Assembly (NCBI GenBank): GCA_964252035.1
Contig: OZ176201.1
Reading direction: 5' to 3' (one strand)
Source: Podarcis erhardii
Taxonomy: Eukaryota
Length of the DNA stretch: 64,000 bases
The notes beneath the pieces are model-generated. The model was not told the DNA's origin and searched no databases. It was given only the letters and a program-made list of their open reading frames with translations. Of this stretch, positions 37,956-51,003 are shown one piece after another. A program made the position numbers and the translations under genes. The stretch's first letter is position 1, and every line of letters starts with the position of its first letter.

Positions 37956-38265
37956 TGTTACTATTATTATCTAAAAGTCCTTTAGCAAAACGCATGTGAT
38001 GGGGCTAAACTAGTTATTATGGCTGACTACTGGGGAATGCTTTGTAAAATGTGAAAAGAGCTCTGGCACTTGTGATTCTGATCAATGATTTGGGCACCAG
38101 AAGAATATGCAGAGTCTGTCCTAGTGAAGTGTTAGGCCCTCCACCCAAGGAAATTCTACACTCTGGTCCCAGGGAGGTGTGTGTATATACTCAGTGAAGT
38201 CATTTGTCACCACCCCACTGCCTACCTCTCCTCCACCACTCGGGTACCCCGTGGAAGGGACTTAC

Positions 38266-38366
38266 CATAGAAAGTGAGGTAGCCAAAAAGGGCAGCCAGG
38301 AAGTACATGATGTACATGACAGCGATGGAGATGTTGGAGATGCACTGCATCTTCTTCTTGGTTGGG
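38266..38366 (-). CDS. SLC38A3: SNAT3 coding exon 11 (101 nt), PTKKKMQCISNISIAVMYIMYFLAALFGYLTFY
   Basis: AG/GT flanks, frame continuous. Confidence 0.96.
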
Positions 38367-38829
38367 CTAAAAGACAGGCAGAAACACAGCATGAGAAGAA
38401 CCGAATTCCTGAAGGTTTAAAGGTACTTCCTTCCTAATCCCAGCTGCTTCTCTACACACCTCCTTGAAGACAAAAAGGCACCTAGCTAGAATGAAAGGCC
38501 CAAGATCTGAGATGGCCCCAGTTCATCCTGCCAAAGCAAACTATACAAGGCCACAGCTTATCTGATGGCATGCCTAGCATCTCCCAAACAGGCACTAGTT
38601 CCCTTGAGCGCTTGGAGCTGATGTTCAGGCAAACCAAAGAAAGGGGAGTCTGATCAATGGAGTTCTATAAAGCACACACTTGCTCCTTTACTGAATGGAA
38701 TCAAACAGGCCATTTGCTGGTTTGGAGCTGCGGTCTAACGGAGAATCACTGAGAATTTTCCTTGATGCGCAGTGCATGCAGGCAATCTGCACAAAATGTA
38801 TATGCTGCAACTATGGATCCAACACTCAC

Positions 38830-38909
38830 TCTTTCAGCTCCGTGTAGATAGGCAGGACTTCAGGGTGACACACAAAAGCGAATGCCATGATGGGGATGGT
38901 ATAGGCTGT
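38830..38909 (-). CDS. SLC38A3: SNAT3 coding exon 10 (80 nt), TAYTIPIMAFAFVCHPEVLPIYTELKD
   Basis: AG/GT flanks; SLC38 signature AFVCHP. Confidence 0.97.
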
Positions 38910-39601
38910 CTGCAAGGAAGAGAGAGGGAGAAGAAGAGGATGTCAGCTGACCACTGGGCATGCTCCCATTTCCAAGACCTTTGCTGTCATAGCCCCGTAG
39001 CAACTTCCAGTAAGGGGTACAACTACACATTGCACTTTTCACATGGGAAAAGGACTGTTCAACCCTTCCCTCCTCACCCAGGCTCCTGATCTTCCCTACG
39101 TTAGGGGGGGAAAATCTCTCATTGGCACAAACTGAACTTTTCTCACATCTTGCTCTTCTGATACAGATTCATCAGTTCTCGGTCTCCTCTGCAATCCTGC
39201 CCTCCATGACCCACTTTTAGTCCTTTGGCCATGTTGCTCCTTGCACTTCAAACCACTTCACTGCTTCTGTCTGTCAGGCTGCCTCCTTCTCTCTCCCTCC
39301 TTCAAACACCCGGCTCAAAACTTGATTGTTTAGCCAAGTCTTTCCACTGAACCACCCTGTCTTCCCTTTATCTGCCCTGCAGGTAACCCTAACCCATTCT
39401 CACTATAGCTCTATCTGTCCCCTCTACTTCCATCGCATGGTCTGCCCGTGGTTCAGGATGCAAGACTGTCTCTGCACAGTGCCCAGCCTCAGTGTTGATC
39501 CTATAACCAGAGAACCAGATTCAGCCAGACAGGTTTTCCCAGATTTGTTATGATATGTTACTTAGGTTAATGAATATTTATGTATTGTTTGCTAGTCTGA
39601 C

Positions 39602-39760
39602 CTGAGAGTTGAGGGTGAACAAGCTCGAAGAGCAGATGCCGTCTTCCACTGCTTGCTCGTCCTGATTGTTGTTCATGCTGACTGGTGTGTAATTGAGGCT
39701 GACGGTGGTGTTGACCCGGTCAGGAAGAGGACAGGGAATGTTGAACTTCTTGTATATGAC
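39602..39760 (-). CDS. SLC38A3: SNAT3 coding exon 9 (159 nt), VIYKKFNIPCPLPDRVNTTVSLNYT...CSSSLFTLNSQ, glycosylated extracellular loop
   Basis: AG / GTCAGA flanks; two N-x-T sequons and both loop cysteines retained. Confidence 0.93.
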
Positions 39761-39867
39761 CTGAGATGCAATCAAGAAACCCTGTTAGGTAGGAATGATT
39801 GCCTGGGCTTATTTTGCCTTAGATCAGTCTCAACAATAGACAATAAATGTGTTTGTGGGTGTTTGTA

Positions 39868-40072
39868 GGAGTCAGTGTGGTGTAATGGTTAGAGAGTTGG
39901 ACTATGACCTGGGAGAGAAAGGTTTGAATCCCCACTCAGCCATGAAGCTGGGTGACCTGGGTCACCATCTCTTAGCCTAACCTACCTCACAGGGTTGTTG
40001 TGAGGGTGGAATGGGGAGGAGAACCATGGACACCACTGTGAACTCCTTGGAGAAAAAGGCAGTATATAAATA
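39868..40072 (+). mobile_element. MIR/CORE-like tRNA-derived SINE (related copies 41270-41475 minus, 41648-41850 plus, 61335-61500 minus)
   Basis: gtgtggtgtaatggttagag, ggtttgaatcccc, cctacctcacagggttgttgtgagg, L2-like tail aaggcagtatataaat. Confidence 0.75.
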
Positions 40073-42023
40073 CGCACAGTTTTGTATTTGGCCTGCAGCT
40101 TTCCCACTCTTACCTACTGAATTAGAACAAATGGAAATCTGTGGTAAAACTGATTGGTTGGTCCCATTCAGCGGTAACCTGCAGGCAGGCAAATGGAGGT
40201 GTGGATGAGTCCTTAGAAAGAGTGCCAACCAAACCACTTTAGAGAGGGAGTTCTACTACCAAGGGGCCACATCAGAAAAGGCCATGTGCTGGTGTGCAAC
40301 CACTGAGAGAAAAAAATGATGGTGTGGAGATGGGAATGGAGACGGCTCCCATTTAAGGCATTCTAAAAGCATTTGGGCCACCACCATGCTAGCTAGCTAT
40401 GTAGAACGACCGTTCATGCCTAATGTTTGGTCGCAACCTATTATAACAGCGAGTGCAAGCAGGACAAAGTAGCCCAAGTGAGAATCACGCTGCAGCTATA
40501 TTCTGCAAGATATCACAGCTACGCGTATTTAGAGAACTGAGGTGTTAGAAAAAGCAAGATTCCTTTAAGGTAGTTGTCCTGATGAGAAGCCAGGGTGAAG
40601 GATGTGACTTAATTTGCTATGAATACTTCCTGCGACTGTTTTTTCAAGCACCAGTATTTTGTGTGATTAAATGACTTCTTCAAGTTTAAGATTTGGCTTT
40701 TCTTGGGGGGCTGATGGCAGCTTAAAAGGGTGTAAAAGACAACAAGGAAACAAAACCCCACTGAATGTGCCTGCATCTCCTTCCCAGTGAACTGTGGGAC
40801 TGAGTGAGCAGGGACAGCCCCATTCACTGAGATCTCGGCTTTCTCCCTTCACCCTGCGCATCGGCACGAGGCTTCTTCTTTGTCCAGAAATAGATCAGTG
40901 TTGATGACAAGGAAGCAAGAATGCTGTGATGCTTCTCTCTCGTTGGCTGTTGCTGAAATGGCTGGGGGCACGTTGCTCACTATCCACTCTGACAGTTCAA
41001 CAGCACTTGCAAAACTGGAGTCATCACCCAAACTTTGCAGCAGGAACTGATACAGAATTCTGCTCTTTGGTCAGCCTACTGGTATGGATGCAGCCCAGAA
41101 GTGGGGGCATTTCAACAGCAGGTTAAGGCTCTGGCAGGACCAGGTTCAATTAAGACTGCTGGCTACTCGCAAGAGAACGATGGTTTCACAACAAGTGCCA
41201 GGCTCTGAAGCTCCGTTCCCATGGAACCTAAGTGTAAAATCCTGCCAGTGGGGATCTTATTTTTATTTGTTTTCATCTTGGCTTTTCTCCAAGGAGCTCA
41301 GGAAAGCAGACACACTTCCCTTTTCCCCTATCCTGCTTTCACCCTCACAACAACCCTGTGAGGTGGGATGGGCTGAGAGATGGTGACAGGACGAAGGCCA
41401 CCCAGTGAGCTTCATGTCTGAGCAGGGATTTGAATCTTGGTCCTAGTACAATACTTCATTACTACACCAAACTCTCTTCTTCTGAAATGAACATTTCACA
41501 AAAAGTATGCTTGTTATTGTTGCTGTTGCTGTTGTTGTTCCACTTCCTTTCGAAGACTCATAATTGGATCTCCAAGTAACTAATGCCAATGAGGAAGCTG
41601 ACAGCAGCGACCATAAAGGCCTATAATTGGCTGCAGATCTGACATGGTGTGTAATAGGTGGAGTGCTGCATTACAATTGGAGGGTCTTGAGTTCAAATTT
41701 CCACCCAGCCAGGAACCCTGGGTGACCTTCACAATCTCTCAGCCAAATCAGCATGGCAGCATTGTTGTGAGGATAAAAGTGGTATGAGGATGGAGGGGTG
41801 GGGGTGGGCTAGATGTGTTGCACTAAACTCCTAGGAGGTAGCAGGGCAATATAAAAATGCCATCAGTTAATAACAAGACCACCATTTTATACTTATTTGG
41901 AAGTAAGCCCTGTTGAACTCAACAAGACTAATTAGATGTGCCCAGGGTTGTGCTATCAAGAAATAAAATTACTGAGAGGACTTGAGAGTAATACAAGCAG
42001 CTGCTCCCTATTCAACAACTCAC

Positions 42024-42082
42024 CGAAATAAGGAAGAACACCATGCAGCTGAGGGAGAAACCACTGGCATAACCAAGATAAC
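42024..42082 (-). CDS. SLC38A3: SNAT3 coding exon 8 (59 nt), YLGYASGFSLSCMVFFLIS
   Basis: AG/GT flanks, frame continuous. Confidence 0.96.
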
Positions 42083-42547
42083 CTGGGAAGAGAGAAAACA
42101 AAAAGTTGCAGGGGTCTTGAAATACTTCTGGAATGGGTCATTCTCCACTTCCTCAGGTGTTACAGACCCCAACTCTGTTCAGGGTGCAGAAACTGCCATG
42201 AGAAATGGCAGGTTTCTGAGTTCATGAATCACCCTCTGTCACTCTCTCAGGTCTGGATGGGGAACCTGTGGAGTAACGGGTACTTTCTGGCAGGACTAGA
42301 CAGAACCAAGGCCTCCTTCCCCATCCACCCTGTCGCATGGGAGCCATTTCCCTGTGGTGTGATCTCAGGCTGCTAAGGAATATGTGCATATATATGAAAA
42401 TTGTGTGGATCTCTCCCATGTAATCGACATACCCTTTTGCACAACAAACCCACTGAAGCAGCTGCTGGTAACCCTCCATAAATGGCAGGTAAGACAAATT
42501 CCTGAGATTATGCTCATCATTCCCATCCGCTGCTCAGGGAGACTTAC

Positions 42548-42630
42548 CCAGTTGTTTCATGAGGGCCAGCGGGAGGATGATACTGACAGAGACCATGATG
42601 ACTAGATAGTTCCCATTCATGTACCAGTCC
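42548..42630 (-). CDS. SLC38A3: SNAT3 coding exon 7 (83 nt), DWYMNGNYLVIMVSVSIILPLALMKQLG
   Basis: AG/GT flanks, frame continuous. Confidence 0.96.
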
Positions 42631-42714
42631 CTGGAATGACAAAGGTCAACATTATATCCTCTGCAGGCCTTTGGATAAGAAAACTCTTAATAGTACATAT
42701 ATATCATCAGGTGA

Positions 42715-42802
42715 CGCAAGGCCTGGAGCTTCCACCCAGGCCCTGACCAGGCCCAGGCCTGCTTAGCTTCACCAAGGTGACAGCATCCTGTGCCCTCAGA
42801 CC
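42715..42802 (-). mobile_element. 5S rRNA-derived SINE-like fragment
   Basis: Minus strand gaagctaagcaggcctgggcctggtcagggcctgggtggaag resembles the 5S internal control region. Confidence 0.6.
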
Positions 42803-43064
42803 CCACTGAGCTTTCCATGGAGCAAGTTTTGTTCACACTGTAAGCATATTTGTGTGGGGCAATGTCAGGAGAAACTTTGCAGTATCTGACACTGACTACA
42901 GTGTTAGATGCAGGAGAGTTTCTTCTGACATCACCTCATAAACTTGAACTTTGGTGCAGTTTTGCAGGTTATAAAACTTGACCTGCTTGAATTAACATTC
43001 TAAAATAGAATTTCAGCTCTACTTAGAAGTGGATAATGGACAACTAAGCACCAAAATCTCAGAT

Positions 43065-43385
43065 GGGATCGGCCTAGGCCTGGTATACCTGAAGGAGCAT
43101 CTCCACCACCACTGAGGTCCAGCTCTGACGGCCTTCTGGTGGTTCCCTCCCTGCGAGAAGTGAGGTTACAGGGAACCAGGCAGAGGGCCTTCTTGGTAGT
43201 GGCACCAGCCCTGTGGAACACCCTCCAATCAGATGTCAAGGAAATAAACAACTATCTTACTTTTAAAAGACATCTGAAGGCAGCCCTGTTTAGGGAAGTT
43301 ATTAATGTTTGATGTTTTATTGTGTTTTGAATATTCTGTTGGAAGCCGCCCAGAGTGGCTGGATATAAATCATGATCATCATCTT
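43065..43385 (+). mobile_element. Young L2 3' end
   Basis: gtatacctgaaggagc..cagggaaccaggcagagggccttc..gacatctgaaggcagccctgtttagggaag..gccgcccagagtggctgg; related tails near 49945-50000, 50350-50430, 60600-60710. Confidence 0.85.
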
Positions 43386-44420
43386 ACTCCCCAAACCTGA
43401 AAATGGACTCAGAACTGAAAATTCCTTGGATGAGGGACTACCTGAGAACCCCTAATATGTTGGTCTGAGCTCCCTGGAGGAAAGGCAATTCAATATTTTA
43501 TTTTCTCATTTATTCAAATCTGTATACTGCTTATCAAAAAAGTACTAAAACAGTAGAAAATATAAAACTACATTGGCATACTAAGTTCACAATCAATGGG
43601 ACATGGAATTGGGTGCTCTAAGGGGGGCAATACAGTGTAAATGTAAGCAAAATACTGCAACGTTGACCTAGCCTTCCAGCCACAGCAGTGTTGTTTGGTC
43701 AAGCCAAGCCTAACAGAGCCTGCAGGGCAGGCAGCAATGACCCTGTATGTTGGACATTGAGGTTCACGTGAAAGCCGGCGTCAAGCTTTGATCTGCCTTG
43801 TATCTCAGCACAGCCCAGGCAACACAAACCTCCCTGTCTCATGAATGAATAATGCTGCTCTTTGCAGGGGACAGCTGTGGCTGTGCTGTGCACATGAGGC
43901 TAAGCCATGTAGCTTGCCCCACTGACTTCCACTCATCCTGCTGAATCTGTCCCTGTCCCTGTGAAAGGCAGAGCCCTATAGCTATTTGCCCTGTCAGAGT
44001 GTATAAAGTCAGATGAGCTTAAAGTGAAGCAAGATGCTGGCTTTGCTTTTGGTTCCAAGGCAGGCTGGTTTTGGGTCTTTGATCTTTCCTGCCTCTCCCC
44101 ACCCACTGCCGACCTTTTCCTCCCCACTACCCCACATACCCCATGGCATTTCAAGATCTCACGAATCTTTCTGTGAGGCGAATAAGGTTTTCGGCAGGCA
44201 ACTCGGAATTCTGCCCCATCTCATATAAAGCATGCAACCGAAACACACTTTTCCAAGGTAATCTGTACAACAATATGCTTACCCAATCTGCATTAAGATT
44301 TTTGGAAGGGAGGTTTCTGTTGGTTATTTTATTCTATGTGGGGAGGTTAAGGGGGGAAAGGGCTGGAGCACAGAAATTCACAAAGGCAAAAGGAGAGTCT
44401 TTAAAGGAAAGGGGGTAGGG

Positions 44421-44425
<5 letters not shown>

Positions 44426-44463
<38 letters not shown>
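44426..44463. repeat. (GA)n microsatellite
   Basis: Directly visible. Confidence 0.95.
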
Positions 44464-44467
<4 letters not shown>

Positions 44468-44612
44468 AAGCAAAAGAGAAGAGGTAGTGGTAGTAGGGCG
44501 AACTACTGAAAATGGCAAGGGGTAAAGAAATTCTGCTTCCTGTCAGGCACTATGAGTCTCAAAGTACAGGGCCCCCAGGTCAAACAATTATTTGCCCCAC
44601 TGTACAGTCCGA

Positions 44613-44977
44613 GGGACGCGGGTGGCGCTGTGGGTAAAACCTCAGTGCCTAGGACTTGCCGATCATACGGTCGGTGGTTTGAATCCCCACGGCAGGGTGA
44701 GCTCTCGTCTTTCGGTCCCAGCTCCTGCCCACCTAGCAGTTCGAAAGCACCCCTAAGTGCAAGTAGATAAATAGGTACCGCTTTATAGCAGGAAGGTAAA
44801 CGGCGTTTCCATGTGCTGTGCTGGTGCTGGCTCGCCAGAGCAGCTTCGTCACGCTGGCCACGTGACCCGGAAGTGTCTCCGGACAGCGCTGGCTCCCGGC
44901 CTCTTAAGTGAGATGGGCGCACAACCCTAGAGTCGGACACGACTGGCCCGTACGGGCAGGGGTACCTTTACCTTTAC
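44613..44977 (+). mobile_element. Full-length Sauria SINE
   Basis: Head gggacgcgggtggcgctgtgggtaaaacc, B-box-like ggtttgaatcc, RTE-like 3' end gagtcggacacgactgg..ggtacctttacctttac; TSD tacagtc(c/t)ga on both sides. Confidence 0.93.
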
Positions 44978-45437
44978 AGTCTGAGGGCAGAACTGCAGTG
45001 CATTCAGTCTTGTCCAATGTACCCAATATGGGGCAGCAGTGACAGCAGCAAGGGGCTTCTCCTAATAGTAAGTCAGCAGATAAAGCAGGGCCTAGTACAG
45101 GGGGTGGGGGAAGCTTTTTCTGCCAGCGTCTCCCGTGGGCAACCTCCCGGGGCTGAATGGGCGCGGCCAGAGGGGAAACTAGGCAGAGCAAGAGATGACC
45201 ATTAGATCATCAAGGCACCTGTGTTACTATTCTGACTGACTGGGTTAGCCCCTTCCTAGCCTGCAGCTACAGTAGCCATGGCCAGTTCGGCATAAACCTC
45301 CCTGAGAACTAAGTGGAATGCGTATCACACCAAGGGAAGGAAGGATGCTGTTGGCTCAGCACTTGACATGTCTCAGGTGAGCACCAAAGACACCTGGGAG
45401 TGAGAGACTCCCTGATGGCTGCTGGCGAACCAGCACA

Positions 45438-45600
45438 TTTCTTTATTAAATTTATATCCCCGACCCTTTCTTCCATCAAAGAAATCAATATAGTATCCAT
45501 TGGATTCCCAGGTAATCTCCCATCATTCAGGCACTGACCAGACCCAGTCCTCCTGAGTTTCAACAAAATGGCCCCCGTGCATACCATCAGATCATACCCT
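45438..45600 (-). mobile_element. 5S rRNA-derived SINE-like element with L2-type tail
   Basis: Minus strand ..gggtctggtcagtgcctgaatgatgggagattacctgggaat..ggaagaaagggtcggggatataaatttaataaa. Confidence 0.6.
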
Positions 45601-47059
45601 AGGACTTTCTAGGATGTACCAACTCACCGCATTAACCCCTCAGCAACCAGAGGTTGGTGCCTTGCACACAGGCTAAATGTGACACATGGCAAAAGGGTTT
45701 CTGGAGCCCACTCAGCCTGTGAGCAGTATCACGATTCGGGCTGCTGCATCCAGGGCAGGGGCGGAGGAGGAAGTGATGTATCGTGCAAGGATTGGAAGTT
45801 CACTCTGGTCTAATCCCATGCCGAGGGTTTATTCAGTGCTGGCGTCAATCAAAAATAGTAGTGGCTTAATGCCGTGAAATCCCTGGGACAGGCTGCTCAG
45901 CAGGAGGCAAATCCCTCTGCTATGAGAGCGAGAGATGTTAGCTAGAGCTGAGCCACAAGCAGGGAGGGAGGAGAATGAATAAAGGAAGGGGAAAGATGGT
46001 TGCGAGAGAGGAAAAGATGCGTAAGTGTATGTAGGAAGTAGCCTTGGTAAGGGGCAGCCTGGGCTGATAACCCAAAGGAAACCTATTTGCCTCGCAGGTT
46101 TGCCTCTTGGCCAGCCTCTCCAGCAGGCCTGTCTGTGGCCACAACCACAATGTGTCCCCAAACCAACTTGCCACACAGCAAAGCCCAAGGCAGGTCTGTT
46201 GAGCAGCCACCGCAGCCTCATTCCTCAGCAGCCTCCGCACTGCCACTGCCTGGCTCCTGCCCTCTGCACAATCTCATGGCTATGGTCCAATCCACAGTTT
46301 CCCAAACTTGGGTTTCCAGCTGTTTTTGGACTATATCTCCCATCATCCCTGACCGCTGGTCCTGCTAACTAGGGATGATGGGAGTTGTAGCCCCAAAACA
46401 GCTGGAAACCCAAGTTACAGAAAGCCAATTCTAATCTGTTAGGTGCTGGGTATACCTGACCCGTTATACCAAGTCAAACGATGAGGGCACCTAGCTCAGT
46501 GCTGTCTACACAGACAGCGGCTTTTCAGGGCTTCAAGCAAGGGATAGTCCTAGCCTTACCTGGAGATGTCCTGGGACCTTTGGCATGCAATGAATGTGCC
46601 CTTCCCTTTGAGTTATTGCCCTTCTCCTGCAGCAAGGCTGATAGCAGTATATGTGCCACAGAACTGGATTTGGCTACTCAGCTCCTTGCCACATACAGAT
46701 GTGGTGGAAATGTGAGTGTTTGCTACCGCAAGTCATGTGAAGCAGCAAGGGCCATAGGGGAAGCCCGCAAAAGATCCAGGAGCAGACCAGCCACCTGGAT
46801 CAGGGTTAGGTAAAAATGGGGGACAGGGTTTGCCAGTTGTTCCCCACTGACAGTCTGCATCAATCAGGCTCTTCCATTGGACATTGGGAAGAAGAGCAGA
46901 GAGTGAACAAGGCAGACAGAGCAACACTGACACCCCATAACTGTTCATCTTCTGCTGAGCACAGCCATGTGATGCTATGGCCCATGGTGGTTGCAGAAAT
47001 TGTCTGGGTAGGTAAGTAGGAGTGATAAAGGCAGGAGCCAAAGGGAGGAGGACACTTAC

Positions 47060-47141
47060 GTTGTTTTCTCCTCCAGGTTGAGGAAGGTCTGGATGACAAG
47101 AGGTACTTCAGACTTCACAATGTACAGGTAGCTGGACATGG
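47060..47141 (-). CDS. SLC38A3: SNAT3 coding exon 6 (82 nt), AMSSYLYIVKSEVPLVIQTFLNLEEKTT
   Basis: AG/GT flanks, frame continuous. Confidence 0.96.
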
Positions 47142-47320
47142 CTAGGGAAGGAGACAAAAGTTAACAGGGTGCAAAAGAGTCCCATTCAGATGAAGGGGAG
47201 TAAAGATGCTTGGGAACACCGCCATGGCCCACTTTGCTGTCAGAAAGCCTTCCTGGGATAGGAACTGGTGTGTGTCTCTGTGCCATCTCCATAGCTGCTT
47301 CCTTTCCATGGCTTCCTTAC

Positions 47321-47413
47321 CTCCAATATTCTGAAGTGTGATGGCAACGGCAGCTGCCAATTTCCCTGGTGTTCCAAAAGCCCTGTAGCCCAGCTGTTCG
47401 TAGGCTCGGATTC
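47321..47413 (-). CDS. SLC38A3: SNAT3 coding exon 5 (93 nt), GIRAYEQLGYRAFGTPGKLAAAVAITLQNIG
   Basis: AG/GT flanks; near-identical to recalled human sequence. Confidence 0.97.
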
Positions 47414-48666
47414 CTAGACAACACCAAAAATTAATAGACAAGAGAGAAAGAGAGGGAGACAAAATGACTCACATCTGTACAAAACACACAAGTGTTGGAC
47501 AAACTGAGACTTCAGGCCAATGTAACAGGGATTACACTGATCACCTAAGAGTCATTTTTAAGTACTCAAACTGCATGAACATATTATTATTATTATTATT
47601 ATTATTATTAGCCCCAAGAAGGTGTGGAATCATTACAGCATTCCTGTTGCTGAATAATATAGTGCATAAAGGGGCCGTGGAAACTATTTGCATTTCCTAT
47701 CAGAGTTCTATGACTATCAGTGAAGGCTGCCCCAAGACAGTACCTAGATTTGACAATACAGTGCTGCTAACCAGCGACCTTTGAGTGATGATGTCTGTAT
47801 GGGACCTAAGATACCCCAAGAAGCCCAAATGATGGTCAGAGTTGATGATTTATCTGAATTCACCTTTCCAACCAGGTAGATGAAAAAGTGTCTGTCCAAG
47901 AAAAGACAAAGACTAGGAGACATAATGAGAGCTGAGTTTGCTGTGTAAGGAACTGAGGGTGCTGACTGCCTCCCTAGAGATCTGATGTGGGAGCAGAGGG
48001 ATGGCTGACCATCAGAGCATTTAAGCTTTTCCTCTACAACCTGTATATGATCAACCTGTATGCTTTTCATAACATTTTGCTTCCCTGTTTGCTTGGTGTC
48101 CTTTAAAGCTCGATAAACCCTAATACTTTCCTCCTCCCCAACCCTGCCCATCCATAACGAAAGCACTGGAGTGAAAACTTCTCTATTTTTACATACAAAT
48201 CAAACAAATGCAAATTACGTATCTTCAAAAGCACAGGCAGAAGTCTGAAAAGTCCACGTCTCTGCTTGCATCATCCTTCTGCCTTGAGAGATTTTCATTC
48301 CAGTGAAGGTTTCTGGCGCTGACAACCTTCTCTCTGAATTCAGGCATCGCTTGAGCAGAGAGGCAGTGAAGGCATTTATGGAGAGCACTCTTTGGCAGCT
48401 CAATATATCCGCTTTGGACAGAAACACAGGAAGCTGCCTTGCACTGAATCAGGACACTGGTTCATCGAGCCCAGCATGGCCCACATTGGCTGACAGTGGT
48501 TCTCCAGGGTTCCAGGCAGGGATCTCTCTTCCGCTCACAAACCCTGGAAATCCACTGAAGGCCAGAGATGGAATGGTCCACAGCACAAAGGAAAATATAA
48601 CAAGCGTGAGACAGGGCTTAACTTAAGCCCACTTTGTGGGCTTTACAGAAGGTTTGTAGTACTTAC

Positions 48667-48740
48667 CGACAATCCCTGAGGATTTGAGCAGCAAGTGGAT
48701 AGAGTAGCTGGACAGCAGAGCTACAGCAGTCAAAAGGAAT
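48667..48740 (-). CDS. SLC38A3: SNAT3 coding exon 4 (74 nt), FLLTAVALLSSYSIHLLLKSSGIVG
   Basis: AG/GT flanks, frame continuous. Confidence 0.96.
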
Positions 48741-50940
48741 CTAGAAGAAAAAGAGGAAAGCAGTGACACCTAAATTGCATGTCCATCCAGAAAGGCAGAC
48801 TGGAGTGGGAACTTCAGATCCTTCTATTGCCGCATGCTAGACAGCTCCAGAAGCACCTGAGGATTTATCTTCTGAGGGCTTTCTGCAGGAATAACTGAAG
48901 CACATCCCAACTACGTTTTAGTAATAGGCCCATAATTCCAAAAGCACTATATCCCATCCACATGGATTAGAGGGTATCTGTGTGTTTGGGAGGGGGCAAG
49001 GGAAAGACAGCTTTGTGAAAGGGGATATCCATGTTGCCATGTTTTGTTTTGTTTTGTTTTGCTTTGTCTTGAAATGGCGAGATGGGGTAGAAGAAGAACG
49101 ACCACCTCTCCAAATATAAAGGGACCCTGTAACATCTGAAACTTTTACAAATTTATGTGAGATGTTTATATATATATAGAGAGAGAGAGAGATTCGCAAC
49201 ACAGTGCCAGCATATTGTTGTTGTGATGATTTACTGCATCTTGCCCTTTTATTGTTTCTTTTCTTATATTAACATGCCGCGCGCTGCTTTGGGGGCCTTT
49301 GGGCTGGAAAGCAGTATATCAACAGACAATAGTCCTAAGGACAGGGGACTTGTGCCACTTGCTGTTAATCTCATCCCAAGCAATATGCTGTGGGTGTCCA
49401 TGACACTCGTGCCACCACAGTCCAAAATATCAACTGCAGCTGCAATGAATTGTATTTTCCATAGGAACAAAACATCTCTTTTTTTCAGTGCCTGGAAAGT
49501 GCCCTATCTCTGCAACAGAAGCATAGCCTAGGCTGAATACAACAAAGTAAGAAAGAAATACGCATTGGTTTCACAAAAATATCCCATGGAAAAGCCCCAC
49601 AACAGGTTGCTATCCAGTTTGTGTTGCTTCCTCCCTTAGCAGATGCTAAGCTCACAGAGTGGGGGGTGGAGAGAGGCAGCAGACTGAAGGCGCAGCTCCA
49701 TAAGAGCATTAACCTGCTGGAAACTATCCTCCATTGGCTCCCCTGAAGATGCACAGAGGCTCTTGTCAATCAGCAGCTGTAATGCCATTCCGTTACGTAA
49801 CGATTCATTTGTAAAAGGTGAGCAATCCTGTCCAGGGGATCAAGTACTGGGCAGGATGCCAGGAGAATTCAGAGCAAGAGCTGTTGCATGTATGCACACA
49901 TGGGCACGTACACACACACACACACGAAAAGGGACAGCAGGATGATGCTGGGAAACTCAGCCAGATGGGCGGGGTATAAATAATAAAATTATTATTCATT
50001 AGGAAGTGGAAGATCTTGCTGCTCAGAACAGGAGCCTAACCCTACCATGGAGCATCAAAAACATTAAATTCTTCTTTTGTCAAAGGTACTTAAGAGCAAA
50101 TCTTAAGGAATGGATAGGATGCTAAAGGAAGAGGGGCTCCTTCGGGCATTTGGGTCCCAAGCCGTGTAGGACTTTTAGCTCCTTAGAGGAAGGGTGGGTC
50201 ATGAGACTGACAAAATCAATCAATAATCACATCCAGGCACTTTTGTTTACGGCACAGATGAGAACAAGTTAAACAATCTCTGCCATCCCCAGTAATACAG
50301 ACATTAATTTTTCAGTGTTTAAAATTTTCAGCATCCTGCTTCTCAGATTATATAGATGCCCAGATTGGCTGGAGCAACCCAGTTAGATGGATGGGGTACA
50401 AATAATAGAACGGTTGTTGTTATTGTTAGACACCCCCCCCACTTCAGTCTCACAACACATAGAGGTGATGGGGCAGAGAAGGAATGGGTGGGATTCAGCT
50501 AAACTGTGGCATGCATGGAACAAGGTGTGCTAATGCAACAGGAGTTTCCTGTGCTCCATAAATCTGCTCTGGAAGACCAAGGGAACCCCCAGAACAAGAT
50601 TAGGGCATACACAGAGAGTGGGGTGGGGAGAGATGGGAAGGTCCCAGTCCATGAGCAGACCTTGTTCTCCCCACTTAGCTCTACACTGAATTGCACCCAT
50701 TCCCTGAAAAGAGTGACGGAGAAGAAAATGGTGCCAATGTCAATATATATAGCCCCAAAGCCAGCATTTCCTCATCTGAAGCAACAACCTTTTTTATTCA
50801 AATTCTGAAAGAGTCAGGAGGCATTGTCACTTCAGTTATTGTGATCTCTTTGTACTATTTTGGGGTGGGGTTAGTTTATTGTACTATAATACTTTTTTTT
50901 AAGGTAACCTGTCCTGGGATTTTACAGAGAAGGGCAGGTA

Positions 50941-50960
50941 ACAGCAGCAAGAGCAGCAGC

Positions 50961-50998
<38 letters not shown>

Positions 50999-51003
50999 CA
51001 ACA
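50941..51003. repeat. Interrupted (CAG)n(CAA)n trinucleotide repeat, intronic
   Basis: Directly visible. Confidence 0.9.
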
